From positions 1-64,000 of IMG/VR virus record IMGVR_UViG_3300045988_142996: a stretch of 64,000 bases of DNA; one strand, 5' to 3'. The notes under the pieces were generated by a model, which did not search any database, was not told where the DNA came from, and saw nothing but the letters and a program-made list of their open reading frames with translations. Below are positions 7,052 through 17,740 of this stretch, in pieces. Source of the DNA: a virus. Position 1 is the first letter of the stretch; every line of letters begins with the position of its first letter. The translations under genes and the position numbers were made by a program.

Positions 7052-8931
7052 ACGCCGAAACAGACTGCAAAGGCGAGGGTGTTCCGTCCGTTATAGTTTC
7101 CGCGTCCCGTATCTTCGTTGGTACGGCAGAAATATCCATCGTTGCTCGACGCTTTCGAGCGCATCCACTGCGTACAATTGTTGTCGGGGCTATTGGGGTT
7201 AGCGCAATACTTCGAGCCGCCGTTTGCAAAGTATGCGTACTGTCTCTGGTAGCTTGCCTCGTCCGAGTACGAATATCTGGTCGAGCCGTGCATCTCGTAC
7301 TCGCTCAACAGCCACAGATAGTCCGTCGTCTTGTCGATGCCGAAGGTGTTGCGGGTGTACTTCACACAGGGCTTCATCACAGCACGCAGGTCGGCCGGCA
7401 GCGTACCAAGCTGGCTTCTTGCCAGAGGCTCCAGTGGAGTTCCATTGTTGCCGAGGATGGTGCCGCGCATATAGCTCATGTCCCATCCGCCGTCCGTCGC
7501 GTTGTTCATCGGGCCGCCGCTCAGGGTCGCCAGCTTGCCGTTCGGACACTTCAGGATGAAGTGGATGCCTGCCCCGCTCTCGTACCTTGTGTTGTGCTCA
7601 ATGCCGAGGATCGTAGCATTCAGGTCCGTTGAATAATGCGCATCGTCGTAGCAATTCCCCTCCACATGGATCGTCTTGGAATCTCCTGCCTTGAACATCG
7701 ACGCCGCCAGCTTGTTCGAGCTGATGAAGTCAATGGCTTTCCAGCTGAAGTCATTCAGAGTTGGATCGACTTTGGCATCCATTTTGATGGAAATCGTCCC
7801 CTTCACGGTCACTTCTACCTTCACTTCCGAAAGGCTCGTGTATGACGTTCCGGCAGCCGAAACATCCTCCGTCCGGTTCGTTACGACCGCATTGTAGATG
7901 CTCATGCCACTCGTTGCCGTGCCGGTTATCGTCAGAATATCATTTGCCCTTGCACGCTTTGGTGCGCTGTCCAGTGTCACATTGCTAAGCGAATAGATCA
8001 CATCGTACCATTTGCCCTGCACTGCAGATGCCGTTATTTTGATTTTTCCGGTCACAGTCTCCACATGGATGGAAGCCGACAGCTTATCGTCTGCGATGGC
8101 CACGGCGCTTTTCGTAATGTCCACGCCGCCCATCATCACCGTCACGGTCGAAATATCATACTCGTTGTCGGGTATGATTTTCGCCGTATACGAGGACTCC
8201 TCCAGAACCGCTTCATCCAGATTCTCGTTCCGGCAGTTCGCCAGCTCATTCTCCACCTTGCACAAGCCATAATTCTGCACTCGCACAGCGCATTCTGCAA
8301 CCGTGCCGCCGAGTTCTGCCCGTATCGTACAGGCTCCATTTTTCAGCGCCGTGATCCGTCCGTCGTCGCCGATGCTCACAATGCCTCGCTGGGAAGTCGT
8401 CACCTGAAGCTTGCGGTAGAACGTATCGGCCGGCACAATGCCAACCAGCAGCGAGAAGCTCATGCCCTTCTCCAGTGTTACACTCGTCCGGTTCAGAACC
8501 AGCTGCTTCACGGGGCGGTCGATGCGATCCGGCTGCAGGTTGTACTCCAGCGTGATGGTGGAGTTGCCTTTCTGGCTCTTCCAGGTGTTCACCCAGAGCA
8601 GACCCTTGTAGCAGTGCGCAGGGTTGTCCTCCAGCGCCAGCTCTACACGTTTGCCCTGCAGAGCATCCAGAATCGTCGTATAGGCCGTTTCCCAGTTGTC
8701 CCACCAGTCGTTTTCAACGTAGAACTCAATCTTGCCGGTCCGGTTGTCAAAGATGGGCTTGTGGGTCAGGCTCTGGCTGTAGTCCAGACTGCCGCTCCGG
8801 CCGCCCACGGTCACGAACTTTGTGCGCTCGATCGGCGGCGCGATCACCGGACGGCTGGACGGGATCAGGTGCCAGTCGTCGTAGGTGTTGATAAACCGAT
8901 CATCCACGCGGATGACCACACTGTGATACAT
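7048..8931 (-). CDS. Distal-tail-protein (Dit)-like N-terminus, Big_2 Ig domain and a C-terminal DUF6273-like domain (627 aa)
   Basis: The N-terminus YDDWHLIPSSRPVIAPPIERTKFVTVGGRSGSLDYSQ...FDNRTGKIEFYV is Sipho_tail-like. The Big_2 region is LVLNRTSVTLEKGMSFSL...ITALKNGACTIRAELGG. The C-terminus reads CTQWMRSKASSNDGYF...LAFAVCFGV. Confidence 0.6.
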   Translation of the reverse strand: MYHSVVIRVDDRFINTYDDWHLIPSSRPVIAPPIERTKFVTVGGRSGSLDYSQSLTHKPIFDNRTGKIEFYVENDWWDNWETAYTTILDALQGKRVELALEDNPAHCYKGLLWVNTWKSQKGNSTITLEYNLQPDRIDRPVKQLVLNRTSVTLEKGMSFSLLVGIVPADTFYRKLQVTTSQRGIVSIGDDGRITALKNGACTIRAELGGTVAECAVRVQNYGLCKVENELANCRNENLDEAVLEESSYTAKIIPDNEYDISTVTVMMGGVDITKSAVAIADDKLSASIHVETVTGKIKITASAVQGKWYDVIYSLSNVTLDSAPKRARANDILTITGTATSGMSIYNAVVTNRTEDVSAAGTSYTSLSEVKVEVTVKGTISIKMDAKVDPTLNDFSWKAIDFISSNKLAASMFKAGDSKTIHVEGNCYDDAHYSTDLNATILGIEHNTRYESGAGIHFILKCPNGKLATLSGGPMNNATDGGWDMSYMRGTILGNNGTPLEPLARSQLGTLPADLRAVMKPCVKYTRNTFGIDKTTDYLWLLSEYEMHGSTRYSYSDEASYQRQYAYFANGGSKYCANPNSPDNNCTQWMRSKASSNDGYFCRTNEDTGRGNYNGRNTLAFAVCFGV

Positions 8932-8934
8932 GTC

Positions 8935-11058
8935 TCATCCTCCGTTCTTGATGTAACCGATGGCCGATTGGACCGCATTCCAGGCTTTTCCAGCCGTGGT
9001 AGCACCCGCAGCCAGACTGGCCGTGATGTTCTCTGCCGTGTCGCCGAAGGTGAACTTCTTCTGGTCCAGCGCATCCAGCGGGATCTCTTCCTTTGTGCAC
9101 AGCACCCAGTCGTCGATGCCGTGCGGCACACTCCGGATGCGGGTCTTGCGAAGGAATCCCAGCCGGTCCACGTCCACACCGGCGTCCACAAGGTCACCTG
9201 CGTTGATCTTGATGCCACCGGAAAGGCCGCTGTCCTGCTTGTTCAGCTCGGTCTGTGCCGCCTTTTTCAGTGAGTTCGTGTCCGACTTCTTGCCATCTAC
9301 AATGATGCAGCGCTGGCTCAGGCCATACAGCTCAATGGACTTTTCGTTGTTCACGGTCACTTCGATGGGCTTCGTTTTCTCAAATATCCACCAGCCGGTG
9401 GTCGTGTAGCCGTATGCCTTCACCGAATTCACGATGGAATACGCCTTCATGTAGTACGAAAGGTCCAGCAGGTTCGAGCCGAACTCGATGGTCTGCTCCG
9501 TAATATCCGGCACATCGCTCAGATAGTCCAGATAGCGGTAATATACCTTCAGGCCGTTTTCCATTTTGAAAATCTTGCGCAGACGTAAGATCCCGTTGAA
9601 CTTCTCGACCAGACAGGTATTCAGAGCATCCCAGCAGGTGGTATAGCTCGTCTCATCCTTGTCGTCCTTCTTGTCGTCCGGCTTCGTCACGGTCACATTT
9701 CCCTTCAGGAAAACACGTCCTTCCGTGCGGAAACGGCTGTCCGGACAGGTCGTGGCCAGCGTTACCAGCTCATCCACCGTGTACACCTTGTTTTCCACCT
9801 TGCACGGCATGTCTCCCAGGTACGAGAGTTCTCCGTCGCAGTAGATTTCAAGGTTCAGGTCGTAGTCCGGCGTCATCTCGGTCACATACCCGCACCAGAT
9901 CTCCTGTCCGTCCTCTTCCACAGACACGATCGCTTTCTTCAGCTGAAACAGCTTCCGTGCAGGGTTTGTGACGGGCACTTTGAATGAGAAGCTCCCAGGA
10001 TCGTTCTTTTCCAGAATCAGGTCGGGTTCCAGTACGAACCGGTCTTCCGTGTCGGCGGCATCGTGCAGCAGCTCACGCTTGCTCCAGTAATATCCGTTCC
10101 CTTTTCCGGTAATGGTACCAACGAATACACGGTAGCCGGAACTTACACTCTTATAAAAGGTATAAGTCCCAGTCACTTCCGAGCATCCGTCGGTCACTGT
10201 AACGGTCACGGTATGGTTTGCTTCGCCTTCCAGCTGGTCAAAGGCTTCCTTTGTCAGTTCAAAGGTGTACTTCTCGCCGGAATATCCTTCAAAGGTCCGC
10301 CATACGTTCCCATCCACACTCTCGGTCACGGTCATCACATCGCCGTACTTGTCTCGGATGCTGTATGGCAGCTTGAACGGACTCCGCTTTGCGATCACGC
10401 TCTTCATCTCGAAGTAGCTGCTGGTCAACTCAGGCACGCACTTGTCCCGCAGAATACCTTCCACGTCCAGTGTGCAGTCAGCTGAAATGCACAAACATGC
10501 CATGACGCCGCAGCTGTCGCGCATCGAACGGTTATCCAGACTGACATTTCCCTTGGTGTCGAGCGAAAAGTAATAGGCATAGCACTGGTGCGATTCACCA
10601 TCGCTGTCCTCGTACATTGCTTCGACACGTGTCCAGTAAGTGCTTCCCATCCAGTTTTTCCAGATGGCGTAGCGTACCGTCGGTTCAAGGAGCGGCCCGG
10701 AATAACTGCTGCTGTCAGTATTTAGTTTGAAACCAAATTCCCGATAATGCAGCGCAAACACTTTGTGTGCTCCTGCATCTCCGAGATCCGTCGATTCCAC
10801 AAGGTCACGCTGTTCAAGGCTTTGGAGATAGGTACCTTCCAGATAATCCGACAGAGCGCTGCCTGTGTATGTGTAGTCGCCATAGTAACCGGAATCATTT
10901 ATGAACTGTCTTGCAGGAAGTCCACTTTGACGGACCAGCAAGGTTTTTCCGGCACTGCGATAGTTGTGCATCGCCACGATGAAGTTCACTGCCACGCCGC
11001 TTTCCCGCAGCTGGATGATGCTCCCGGGCTCCATATCGCCCACACGTCTCAATGTCAT
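8935..11058 (-). CDS. Tail-associated lysin / baseplate hub (Tal, prophage-tail-type) with an N-terminal extension
   Basis: LILEKNDPGSFSFKVPVTNPARKLFQLKKAIVSVEEDGQEIWCGYV... is typical of siphophage Tal N-domains. The start was set at MTLRRVG, 5 nt after the TMP stop. The ORF stays open up to 11106. Confidence 0.6.
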   Translation of the reverse strand: MTLRRVGDMEPGSIIQLRESGVAVNFIVAMHNYRSAGKTLLVRQSGLPARQFINDSGYYGDYTYTGSALSDYLEGTYLQSLEQRDLVESTDLGDAGAHKVFALHYREFGFKLNTDSSSYSGPLLEPTVRYAIWKNWMGSTYWTRVEAMYEDSDGESHQCYAYYFSLDTKGNVSLDNRSMRDSCGVMACLCISADCTLDVEGILRDKCVPELTSSYFEMKSVIAKRSPFKLPYSIRDKYGDVMTVTESVDGNVWRTFEGYSGEKYTFELTKEAFDQLEGEANHTVTVTVTDGCSEVTGTYTFYKSVSSGYRVFVGTITGKGNGYYWSKRELLHDAADTEDRFVLEPDLILEKNDPGSFSFKVPVTNPARKLFQLKKAIVSVEEDGQEIWCGYVTEMTPDYDLNLEIYCDGELSYLGDMPCKVENKVYTVDELVTLATTCPDSRFRTEGRVFLKGNVTVTKPDDKKDDKDETSYTTCWDALNTCLVEKFNGILRLRKIFKMENGLKVYYRYLDYLSDVPDITEQTIEFGSNLLDLSYYMKAYSIVNSVKAYGYTTTGWWIFEKTKPIEVTVNNEKSIELYGLSQRCIIVDGKKSDTNSLKKAAQTELNKQDSGLSGGIKINAGDLVDAGVDVDRLGFLRKTRIRSVPHGIDDWVLCTKEEIPLDALDQKKFTFGDTAENITASLAAGATTAGKAWNAVQSAIGYIKNGG

Positions 11059-11062
11059 GGTA

Positions 11063-14000
11063 TCACCTTGCCCTTCTTGCGGCTCTTGCGCCGAGCCCTG
11101 CATCAATCCACCCGATGGTGGTTTTGCCGTCCACTACCACGCTCATGCCGTGGATACTGTCCGCCACGCCGTCCATCCGTCCGCCCAGTGCGTTCACCGC
11201 GTTCAACAGGTCGGCATTGGACTGGGCTTTCACTCCATTTTGAAGTTCTGCCGCAGCATCCACCTGAGCCGCCAGACGTTTCGTTGTGCCGCCGTCCAGA
11301 CTGACATTGTCAAAGGCCCGGTTGATGATATCGGTGCTCTCGTCCACGTCGGTCAGGTCCACTACCGGGCTGATGGTGGGCGTGTACTCGTATTCATCAT
11401 CTGTCACCCGCTTGATGGCACCAACCGCAGCGATCGCAATATTCGTAGCATCGTCGGTCATGTCCTTGATGGCGTCGTCCACGGTGTCCTTGCCGTCGGT
11501 AATGCCGTCCGCAAAGTCCTTGTCAAGGTCAGAACCGGCGTCCTTTGCCGCGTCGGACTGCTTTTTATCCTTTGCATGCTTGATGGCAATGGCCGCAATG
11601 CCGCCCAGCAGCGCCAAAATGATGCCTCCCGCCAGAATAAAGGGCCAGATTTCCGGCAGCAGCCCGATCAGACTGCTGAATGCCCCGCCAATGGTTCCAA
11701 CCACGCCGGTTGCCACTTCAGAGATTCCGCCTGCTCCAGCCAGTAATCCGGTGATCTCGCCGCCTGCGTTCTGCACGATGCCTACGATCTGCCCAAAGCC
11801 CTGTTCCAATGCAGGCAGTGCTTTGTCAAAGAGCTGCCCGACGCCTTCCAGCATCTTCTTGCCCTCGTTGGTGCCCATAAAGTCCAGCGCCGCCGTCACA
11901 GCGGACACTGCCGCACCGGCCCAGTCTCCCTGCAGGGCCGAGACGATAGCTGAGGTGAACTCAGTTCCGATCTCAATGCCCTCGTCGCTGAAGGCCGCGC
12001 CAAATGCATTGGACAGGCCGGTCTTCACGTTTTCCGGCAGGTTCTGCGATGCCTTGTTCCATGCCTTGGTCAGACCCTCGCTCAGGGGTTTCCAGTTCTT
12101 CTGCACGGCATAGGCAAGTTTCACCACCATGGATTTGCCTTCATCTTCCAGATTAAAGGCCTCGGCCAGGTTGGATGCAAAGCCCAGGAAGGCGCTCTGG
12201 GAGGAGAGCAGGTTGTCCTGTGCGGCTTCTTTCTCCTCCCGGGTTGCATTCTCTGAGTTGAGGATCTCCTGATACTTCGCCGTCTCCTTGAGCTGGAAGT
12301 TCATGTTCTTCAGGGCCGTCACCACGCCCAGAATGGACGTCGTCGTGCCCTGGAACTGCGCCTTCTTTGCCTGCTCGCTGTCTTTGCCGTATTCCTCCAC
12401 GGCAGACTTGTAGGCATCCTCCCGCTGAGAGAGGTCGCCGTCGCTGTACACCGTGTTCAGGATGTCCATGCGGCTCTGCATCCGGCTCTGGGCAGTCGAA
12501 ATGGCATCGATCTGTGCGTCGATCAGGTTCAGTTCCTGCTGTGCCAGATCATTTTGAAGTTCCTGTGCCTCGGTGCGGGCGTCCAGCAGATCGTTCCAGG
12601 CTTCCATGGTGCGCATGTCTTCTTCGCCATACTGAGCCTTCAGGGCGTCATACTGCTCCTGCGCTTTGGCCAGCTTTTTCTCCTTGATGGCCAGTTCCGC
12701 CGTCATGTACTCGGTTTCCCGGTTGATCTTGTCGGTTTGGGTGGCTGTTTTGTCGTTCTGTGCCGTCCACAGGCCATATTCCTTTTCCAGCGTGTCGAGG
12801 TCGGTGTCGTAGCGCTTCGTCACGTCGTCAAAGAGGCCCACATACTGCTCTGCCTTCAGGTCGGCCAGACTGGTCTTTTCCTCCAGCAGGTCGAGGTAGG
12901 CCTCTTTGGTCTCGGTCTTATCCTTGCCCCAGCGCTTGGCCAGCTCGTCGTACTTCGCCTGTGCAATGGCCACCCGGTCGGTCTGGTGCTGGATGTCCGC
13001 TGCGGCATTCTCGGTCTTCTTGGCCAGCAGCTCGTCCACCGAGGCACTGTACTGGTTTTCCTTCAGCCACAGGTCGTACTCTTCGTCTACCGTGTCCTTC
13101 AGGGTCTTGTTGGCCGCCAGCTGGGTCTTGTACTTTTCCGTGATCTGTTCGGCTACGGTCTTCTGCTTGGTGGAAGATTTGGTTTTCTTCTTGCCCGTAC
13201 CGGTTCCGCCGGAGCCATCAGTGTTTCCAGAATCCGCATCAGGATTTTCCCGGTTTCCGTACAGCGACGTCCAGTCGAAGCCATCTGCTTTCTTTTTTGC
13301 AGGAATTGCGTTCAAACCGGAATCGCGAAGGTCCATCTGTAACTGGCGTCGTTCCTGCGGAGTCAGAGACGGATCATTTAGTGCATTGCTTAGCTCCTCC
13401 TGGAGACCTTCTTTATAGGCAGCACCAGTTCTCCTGCCAACATCTCTTGCTTCATCCTCAACATCTGATGCCTTATTTTCAAGTCCTTCGATTACGCCAC
13501 CATCGTAATACTCACCATTTTCGATTCCGTCATCTGCATTAGAATGGATACCAACTTCATCTCGGAAAGCATTGTCCATACTCCGAGCGAGAATGGACAT
13601 CGCCGTTTCTGCGGCAGGGGTTCCATTTTGAATTCCCTCAACAAGACCGCTGACAATGTAACCTGCATTTTCGATGGCAAGTCTAGCGGGAGAAGCAATC
13701 CCCCAATAGTCATTGAATGCATCATTTTGGGAATCAGCCAGCTCCTCAACAGCATCGACTGCTTTATCTCCTTCTTTTTCGATGCCTTTGGCGTAGCCTT
13801 CAGCGACATACTCGCCACTGCTTTGAGGATCAACACCATGTTCACTCTTGAATGCACTCTGAATCTTTTCGCCAATCCACTTGCCAAGCGCTCCGAATTT
13901 CGACCCGATATAATTGAATATTGAGCCAATAACAGAATCAATTGTTTCCAAAATCTTAGGAGTACAATTGATTAGCACATCGCACAAAGCATAAATCAGC

Positions 14001-17000
14001 GTTTCCAATGTAGTCTCGATTTTGGGCAAGCATGCAATGAGAACATCGCAAAGAGCTGTAATAACGGCAATAAGGACATTTCCAATTGCAGGTATAGCTT
14101 TAACAATGGCATTGCATACTGCCACAATAATTTCTGCAATACCAGTTGCAATACCACCGATAGCACTGCCAAGACCAGCAATAACTCCCGCAATGAAAAC
14201 GCCAACAGCCGCACCAAGTGATGCAAGCGCGCCAATGAGTGCACTTATCTTTACCGGCATGAGACTTACAGCGGCCATCGTTCCAAGTAGCAATGCAAAA
14301 CTTCCAGCCAGCAGGCCAAGCGCAACAGATACTGCAACCACGATAGGACCCGCAAGTGAGAGCGCGCCAATTGCGATTGCAAAGGTTCCAAGTGCTCCAC
14401 CAAGCGCCAACAAGCCATGACCAATTTCAGTAAGCGACATCTCACCGAGTGCTTTTATCGGAGGAACCAAAGCGTTTAACACCACCGCCATAACCAGGAA
14501 GGATGCAGCGCTGCCCAACGAACCTTTTACGAAAGTCAAAGCGAGACCCATTTCAATCAGGCCGCCTGCCAATGCAGCTAATGCCAAACCGATTTGATCA
14601 ATCGTCATGCTGCCAAGATTAGTCATTGCATTAGACAGTATCAGAATTCCACCTGATAATATTGTCAGTGCGACTGCCGTTGAGAGCATGTGCTCGGCAA
14701 GAGACGATATCACACCAAACACAGCAATCTCTGCCAACAATCCCCCGATGGCGGCAAGGCCCTTTTTGAGATTATCGACTGGCATTTCGCTAAATTTGGA
14801 AACCGATTTTTCCAAGACTGCTAAAGCTGTGGCGAGAATCAGAATTCCAGCCGCCTTCCCAAGCGACAATCCGTTAAACTTGCTTAAAGCAGAAAATGTG
14901 ACAATTTCTGCAAGTAATCCACCAGCCGCAGTGAGTCCTTTCCCTATTTGATCCCACTTGAGATTGCCAAGTTGCTCAACCGCTCCTGCTAAAACACGTA
15001 CCGATGCGGCCATAATCAGCATACTGGTTGCGTGCTTGGTGCCATCTTTTGCCCACCTTGAAATTGCAATTTGAACTGTGACAAGTTCAGCCATCACAGC
15101 GCCAAGCACTATTACTGAACCGAGAAGTTTATCCGAATCAACAGCTGCAATCTTTTTCAACGCAACCGAAAGAATAAGAACCCCTGCGGCCATAGCGACC
15201 ATCGCTGTAGTTCCTTTTCCAACCTTCTTCGTTTTTTTCGTTATTTCATCAAATATCGCAAGCGAAGTCAGAAGTTCCGCAAAAAGTGCTGTCATCGCAG
15301 CCACAGATGCTGCCAATCGCTCCGGTTTCACCAGAGATAGTACAACAAGAGATCCTGCCAAAATGGCCACCGCGGTTGAGATGGTCTTCAGTGTCTCGGC
15401 ATTCTTATTATTTTTCCATGCAGATACAGCATCTCCGAGCTTGTTAAGAAGCTCTGCCACACTGCCAATGGTGTCCTTTATTGTTGAACCGATATCCTTA
15501 AATGCGTTGAAGAATCCCTTGATCCCCGCAATAAGACCAACAATCATCCCTGTATTTGCGAATCCCCAGATGGTATTTCCATCCAGATTTTTAAATGCAC
15601 CCGCCGCGCCACTTCCCAACTCTTTAAAAATTTCTCCGAGCTGGTCGGTCAGCCATTTTAACTTAGGTATCACGAAATCAATAAATCTTTTTATCCAGTC
15701 GCCCACAGTCTTAATCGGATCGAACACAATACTCGTCTTGGCGCCAAGCTCAGCAATCCATTCAATAACCGATTTAATAGCGCCAGATATTGTTTCAAGA
15801 ACCGGGGTGATAGCGCTTGCAATATTCCCAAATGTTTCCGTGATATGAGACGATTTTTCAAGTTCTACGAAATAGTCTCCGAGACCAGCAGCGACTTTCA
15901 TAACACTCTTGGCAACCGGTTCAAATGCTGACAGCACCGTCCAAAGGGTATTTCCTGCTCCTTTGATCACAGTCAGACCCATTTTCAGAACTGCAAATAC
16001 GCCGGAAAATGCACGTTGCAAATACTCCGAGGTACTTTTACTGATGCTCATTTTCTTCGTCAGCTGGTCAAACGATTTTAATGTATCGTAGATGCCACTG
16101 CCCGTCGGTGCCAAAATTCCATTAAAAGCCTCTTTTATTGGAGAAAGAACCGATCCGATTCCCTTTAAAATATTTAGAATTCCCCGAAAGAAATATTCGC
16201 GGCCAGAAGTCTGTGCCATCTGATTTGCAAATTCTTCGATTGAAGATTCACCGTCGTCAATTTTCTTCACATAATTGGCGAAGGCTTCATGGTTCTTTTC
16301 GACTTCGTCCCTGGTGTATCCGAGTTTTTTCAGTTCTGCATCACTTTTATCAAGAAGGATTTCATATCCATCAGCAGCACCTCGAATAGCCTGCTCCAAG
16401 TTATCCGCATCAATCTTTCCCGTCCGTAATGCGACACTAAGCGCTTCCTGAAAAGATCCAGCTTTTTCGATATCGTCATCCGTAATGATTCCAGCCTTAT
16501 TAAAGCCTTCCTGCAATCCTGATTCCAGAATATCTCCAACATCACCGAGGCCGCTTCTCAGCAGTTTCGTCCAGCCGCTATCAAATCCCTCATGGAGAAT
16601 GCTATTTCTAAGATCCTTACCTTCAGCAAACAAGTCATAGAGTTCGTCTGCAAGGTCGCTCCAAAAGCCTTTTGCCTCTTCATAGTCACCAAATATAATT
16701 TCAAAGGTCTGCAGCCAACCCGTGCTCACCGCATCTTTTGTTGCATCGATAGCCTCACCGAAGCTCTTTGCTTCCTGTGCGGCTTTAAACGCTTTTACGG
16801 TGACGTCATCGTACTTATCGGCTAATTCGTCGATAGCCTTCGATGCCGTAGTATACTTATCAGGCTCACGATCCATCAGATCTTTGACTGCCTGCGTGAA
16901 TTCAGCCATCTTGCCAAAGGCCTGCTCCATGACTTCCTTATCCGCCCACTTCTTTGCAAGAGTGGTCTGAAAGGTGCCGACCGTCACTTCGCCTTCTTTA

Positions 17001-17740
17001 ATTTTGCCTAGCTCCACACCAGTTGCAATGATCTGTCGCTTCAATTCTGCAGTAGCAACACCCGCCAGCTCAACCGATTTCCAGTCCATCAGGTTCAGAT
17101 ACCCCTGACTGTAGCTCTGGTTCAGATTGTAAATCACTCGGCTGAACTCACTGGCCCCTTTGCCGGCATAGGCTGTGGCATTGGCAATGCCCATGATCAT
17201 CGGAATCAGTTTGTCAACATCGCCGCCTGCTGCGGTAAGTTGTCCTAAAGATGCCGTCATGTCAGTGAAGCCATAGCTTGTCTCATCCGAGTACCACATC
17301 AGCTTATCGAGGTAAGAGTTCACTTTAGTAATCGACTTACCCGTTGCATTCATGATGGTCTGAACACTTGCTGTCTTTTGCGCGTATTTATCCCAACCTG
17401 CGGATACCTGGTCAATCGACAGGTTTTTTACCAGCCGTTCACCCGCATCTACCACTTGGTTTGTAATTTTGGTTAAGGCGGCTATTCCAGCAATTTCCAA
17501 AGCTGAGAATTTAGAATTTAGGGTCTCAAGTGCCGATGTCATCTGCCCAAAATCAACTTTTTCGGAGGCATTTTCAATCTTGTTGAAACCTTTTTCGGCT
17601 CCGTCGAAACGTAAGCTCTTATTCAGATTTGCCAAACTGGCAAGGGTTTTTTGCACGTTTTGCTCAAATCGCGCATTGTTGAATTGCATTTCCACAACGC
17701 GCTGGTCCACTTCCTGGCTCACTTCGTTACCTCCTTCCAC
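11063..17740 (-). CDS. Tail tape measure protein (2225 aa)
   Basis: TMP core YSDETSYGFTDMTASLGQLTAAGGDVDKLIPMIMGIANATAYAGKGASEF. It also has a long central hydrophobic repeat region and coiled coils. It is positioned upstream of Tal. Confidence 0.9.
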   Translation of the reverse strand: MEGGNEVSQEVDQRVVEMQFNNARFEQNVQKTLASLANLNKSLRFDGAEKGFNKIENASEKVDFGQMTSALETLNSKFSALEIAGIAALTKITNQVVDAGERLVKNLSIDQVSAGWDKYAQKTASVQTIMNATGKSITKVNSYLDKLMWYSDETSYGFTDMTASLGQLTAAGGDVDKLIPMIMGIANATAYAGKGASEFSRVIYNLNQSYSQGYLNLMDWKSVELAGVATAELKRQIIATGVELGKIKEGEVTVGTFQTTLAKKWADKEVMEQAFGKMAEFTQAVKDLMDREPDKYTTASKAIDELADKYDDVTVKAFKAAQEAKSFGEAIDATKDAVSTGWLQTFEIIFGDYEEAKGFWSDLADELYDLFAEGKDLRNSILHEGFDSGWTKLLRSGLGDVGDILESGLQEGFNKAGIITDDDIEKAGSFQEALSVALRTGKIDADNLEQAIRGAADGYEILLDKSDAELKKLGYTRDEVEKNHEAFANYVKKIDDGESSIEEFANQMAQTSGREYFFRGILNILKGIGSVLSPIKEAFNGILAPTGSGIYDTLKSFDQLTKKMSISKSTSEYLQRAFSGVFAVLKMGLTVIKGAGNTLWTVLSAFEPVAKSVMKVAAGLGDYFVELEKSSHITETFGNIASAITPVLETISGAIKSVIEWIAELGAKTSIVFDPIKTVGDWIKRFIDFVIPKLKWLTDQLGEIFKELGSGAAGAFKNLDGNTIWGFANTGMIVGLIAGIKGFFNAFKDIGSTIKDTIGSVAELLNKLGDAVSAWKNNKNAETLKTISTAVAILAGSLVVLSLVKPERLAASVAAMTALFAELLTSLAIFDEITKKTKKVGKGTTAMVAMAAGVLILSVALKKIAAVDSDKLLGSVIVLGAVMAELVTVQIAISRWAKDGTKHATSMLIMAASVRVLAGAVEQLGNLKWDQIGKGLTAAGGLLAEIVTFSALSKFNGLSLGKAAGILILATALAVLEKSVSKFSEMPVDNLKKGLAAIGGLLAEIAVFGVISSLAEHMLSTAVALTILSGGILILSNAMTNLGSMTIDQIGLALAALAGGLIEMGLALTFVKGSLGSAASFLVMAVVLNALVPPIKALGEMSLTEIGHGLLALGGALGTFAIAIGALSLAGPIVVAVSVALGLLAGSFALLLGTMAAVSLMPVKISALIGALASLGAAVGVFIAGVIAGLGSAIGGIATGIAEIIVAVCNAIVKAIPAIGNVLIAVITALCDVLIACLPKIETTLETLIYALCDVLINCTPKILETIDSVIGSIFNYIGSKFGALGKWIGEKIQSAFKSEHGVDPQSSGEYVAEGYAKGIEKEGDKAVDAVEELADSQNDAFNDYWGIASPARLAIENAGYIVSGLVEGIQNGTPAAETAMSILARSMDNAFRDEVGIHSNADDGIENGEYYDGGVIEGLENKASDVEDEARDVGRRTGAAYKEGLQEELSNALNDPSLTPQERRQLQMDLRDSGLNAIPAKKKADGFDWTSLYGNRENPDADSGNTDGSGGTGTGKKKTKSSTKQKTVAEQITEKYKTQLAANKTLKDTVDEEYDLWLKENQYSASVDELLAKKTENAAADIQHQTDRVAIAQAKYDELAKRWGKDKTETKEAYLDLLEEKTSLADLKAEQYVGLFDDVTKRYDTDLDTLEKEYGLWTAQNDKTATQTDKINRETEYMTAELAIKEKKLAKAQEQYDALKAQYGEEDMRTMEAWNDLLDARTEAQELQNDLAQQELNLIDAQIDAISTAQSRMQSRMDILNTVYSDGDLSQREDAYKSAVEEYGKDSEQAKKAQFQGTTTSILGVVTALKNMNFQLKETAKYQEILNSENATREEKEAAQDNLLSSQSAFLGFASNLAEAFNLEDEGKSMVVKLAYAVQKNWKPLSEGLTKAWNKASQNLPENVKTGLSNAFGAAFSDEGIEIGTEFTSAIVSALQGDWAGAAVSAVTAALDFMGTNEGKKMLEGVGQLFDKALPALEQGFGQIVGIVQNAGGEITGLLAGAGGISEVATGVVGTIGGAFSSLIGLLPEIWPFILAGGIILALLGGIAAIAIKHAKDKKQSDAAKDAGSDLDKDFADGITDGKDTVDDAIKDMTDDATNIAIAAVGAIKRVTDDEYEYTPTISPVVDLTDVDESTDIINRAFDNVSLDGGTTKRLAAQVDAAAELQNGVKAQSNADLLNAVNALGGRMDGVADSIHGMSVVVDGKTTIGWIDAGLGARAARRAR

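Noticed and set aside
8065-9273. 402-aa plus-strand ORF. Similar antisense ORFs are 27099..28460, 35643..36875, 51293..52510, 48718..49977 and 46443..47273.
   Set aside because: All are antisense to minus-strand genes with clear family motifs (Dit/Tal, TerL, the RNAP-like protein, PolB, SSB, helicase). All have R/H/L/V-rich, repeat-like translations, so they are treated as shadow ORFs.
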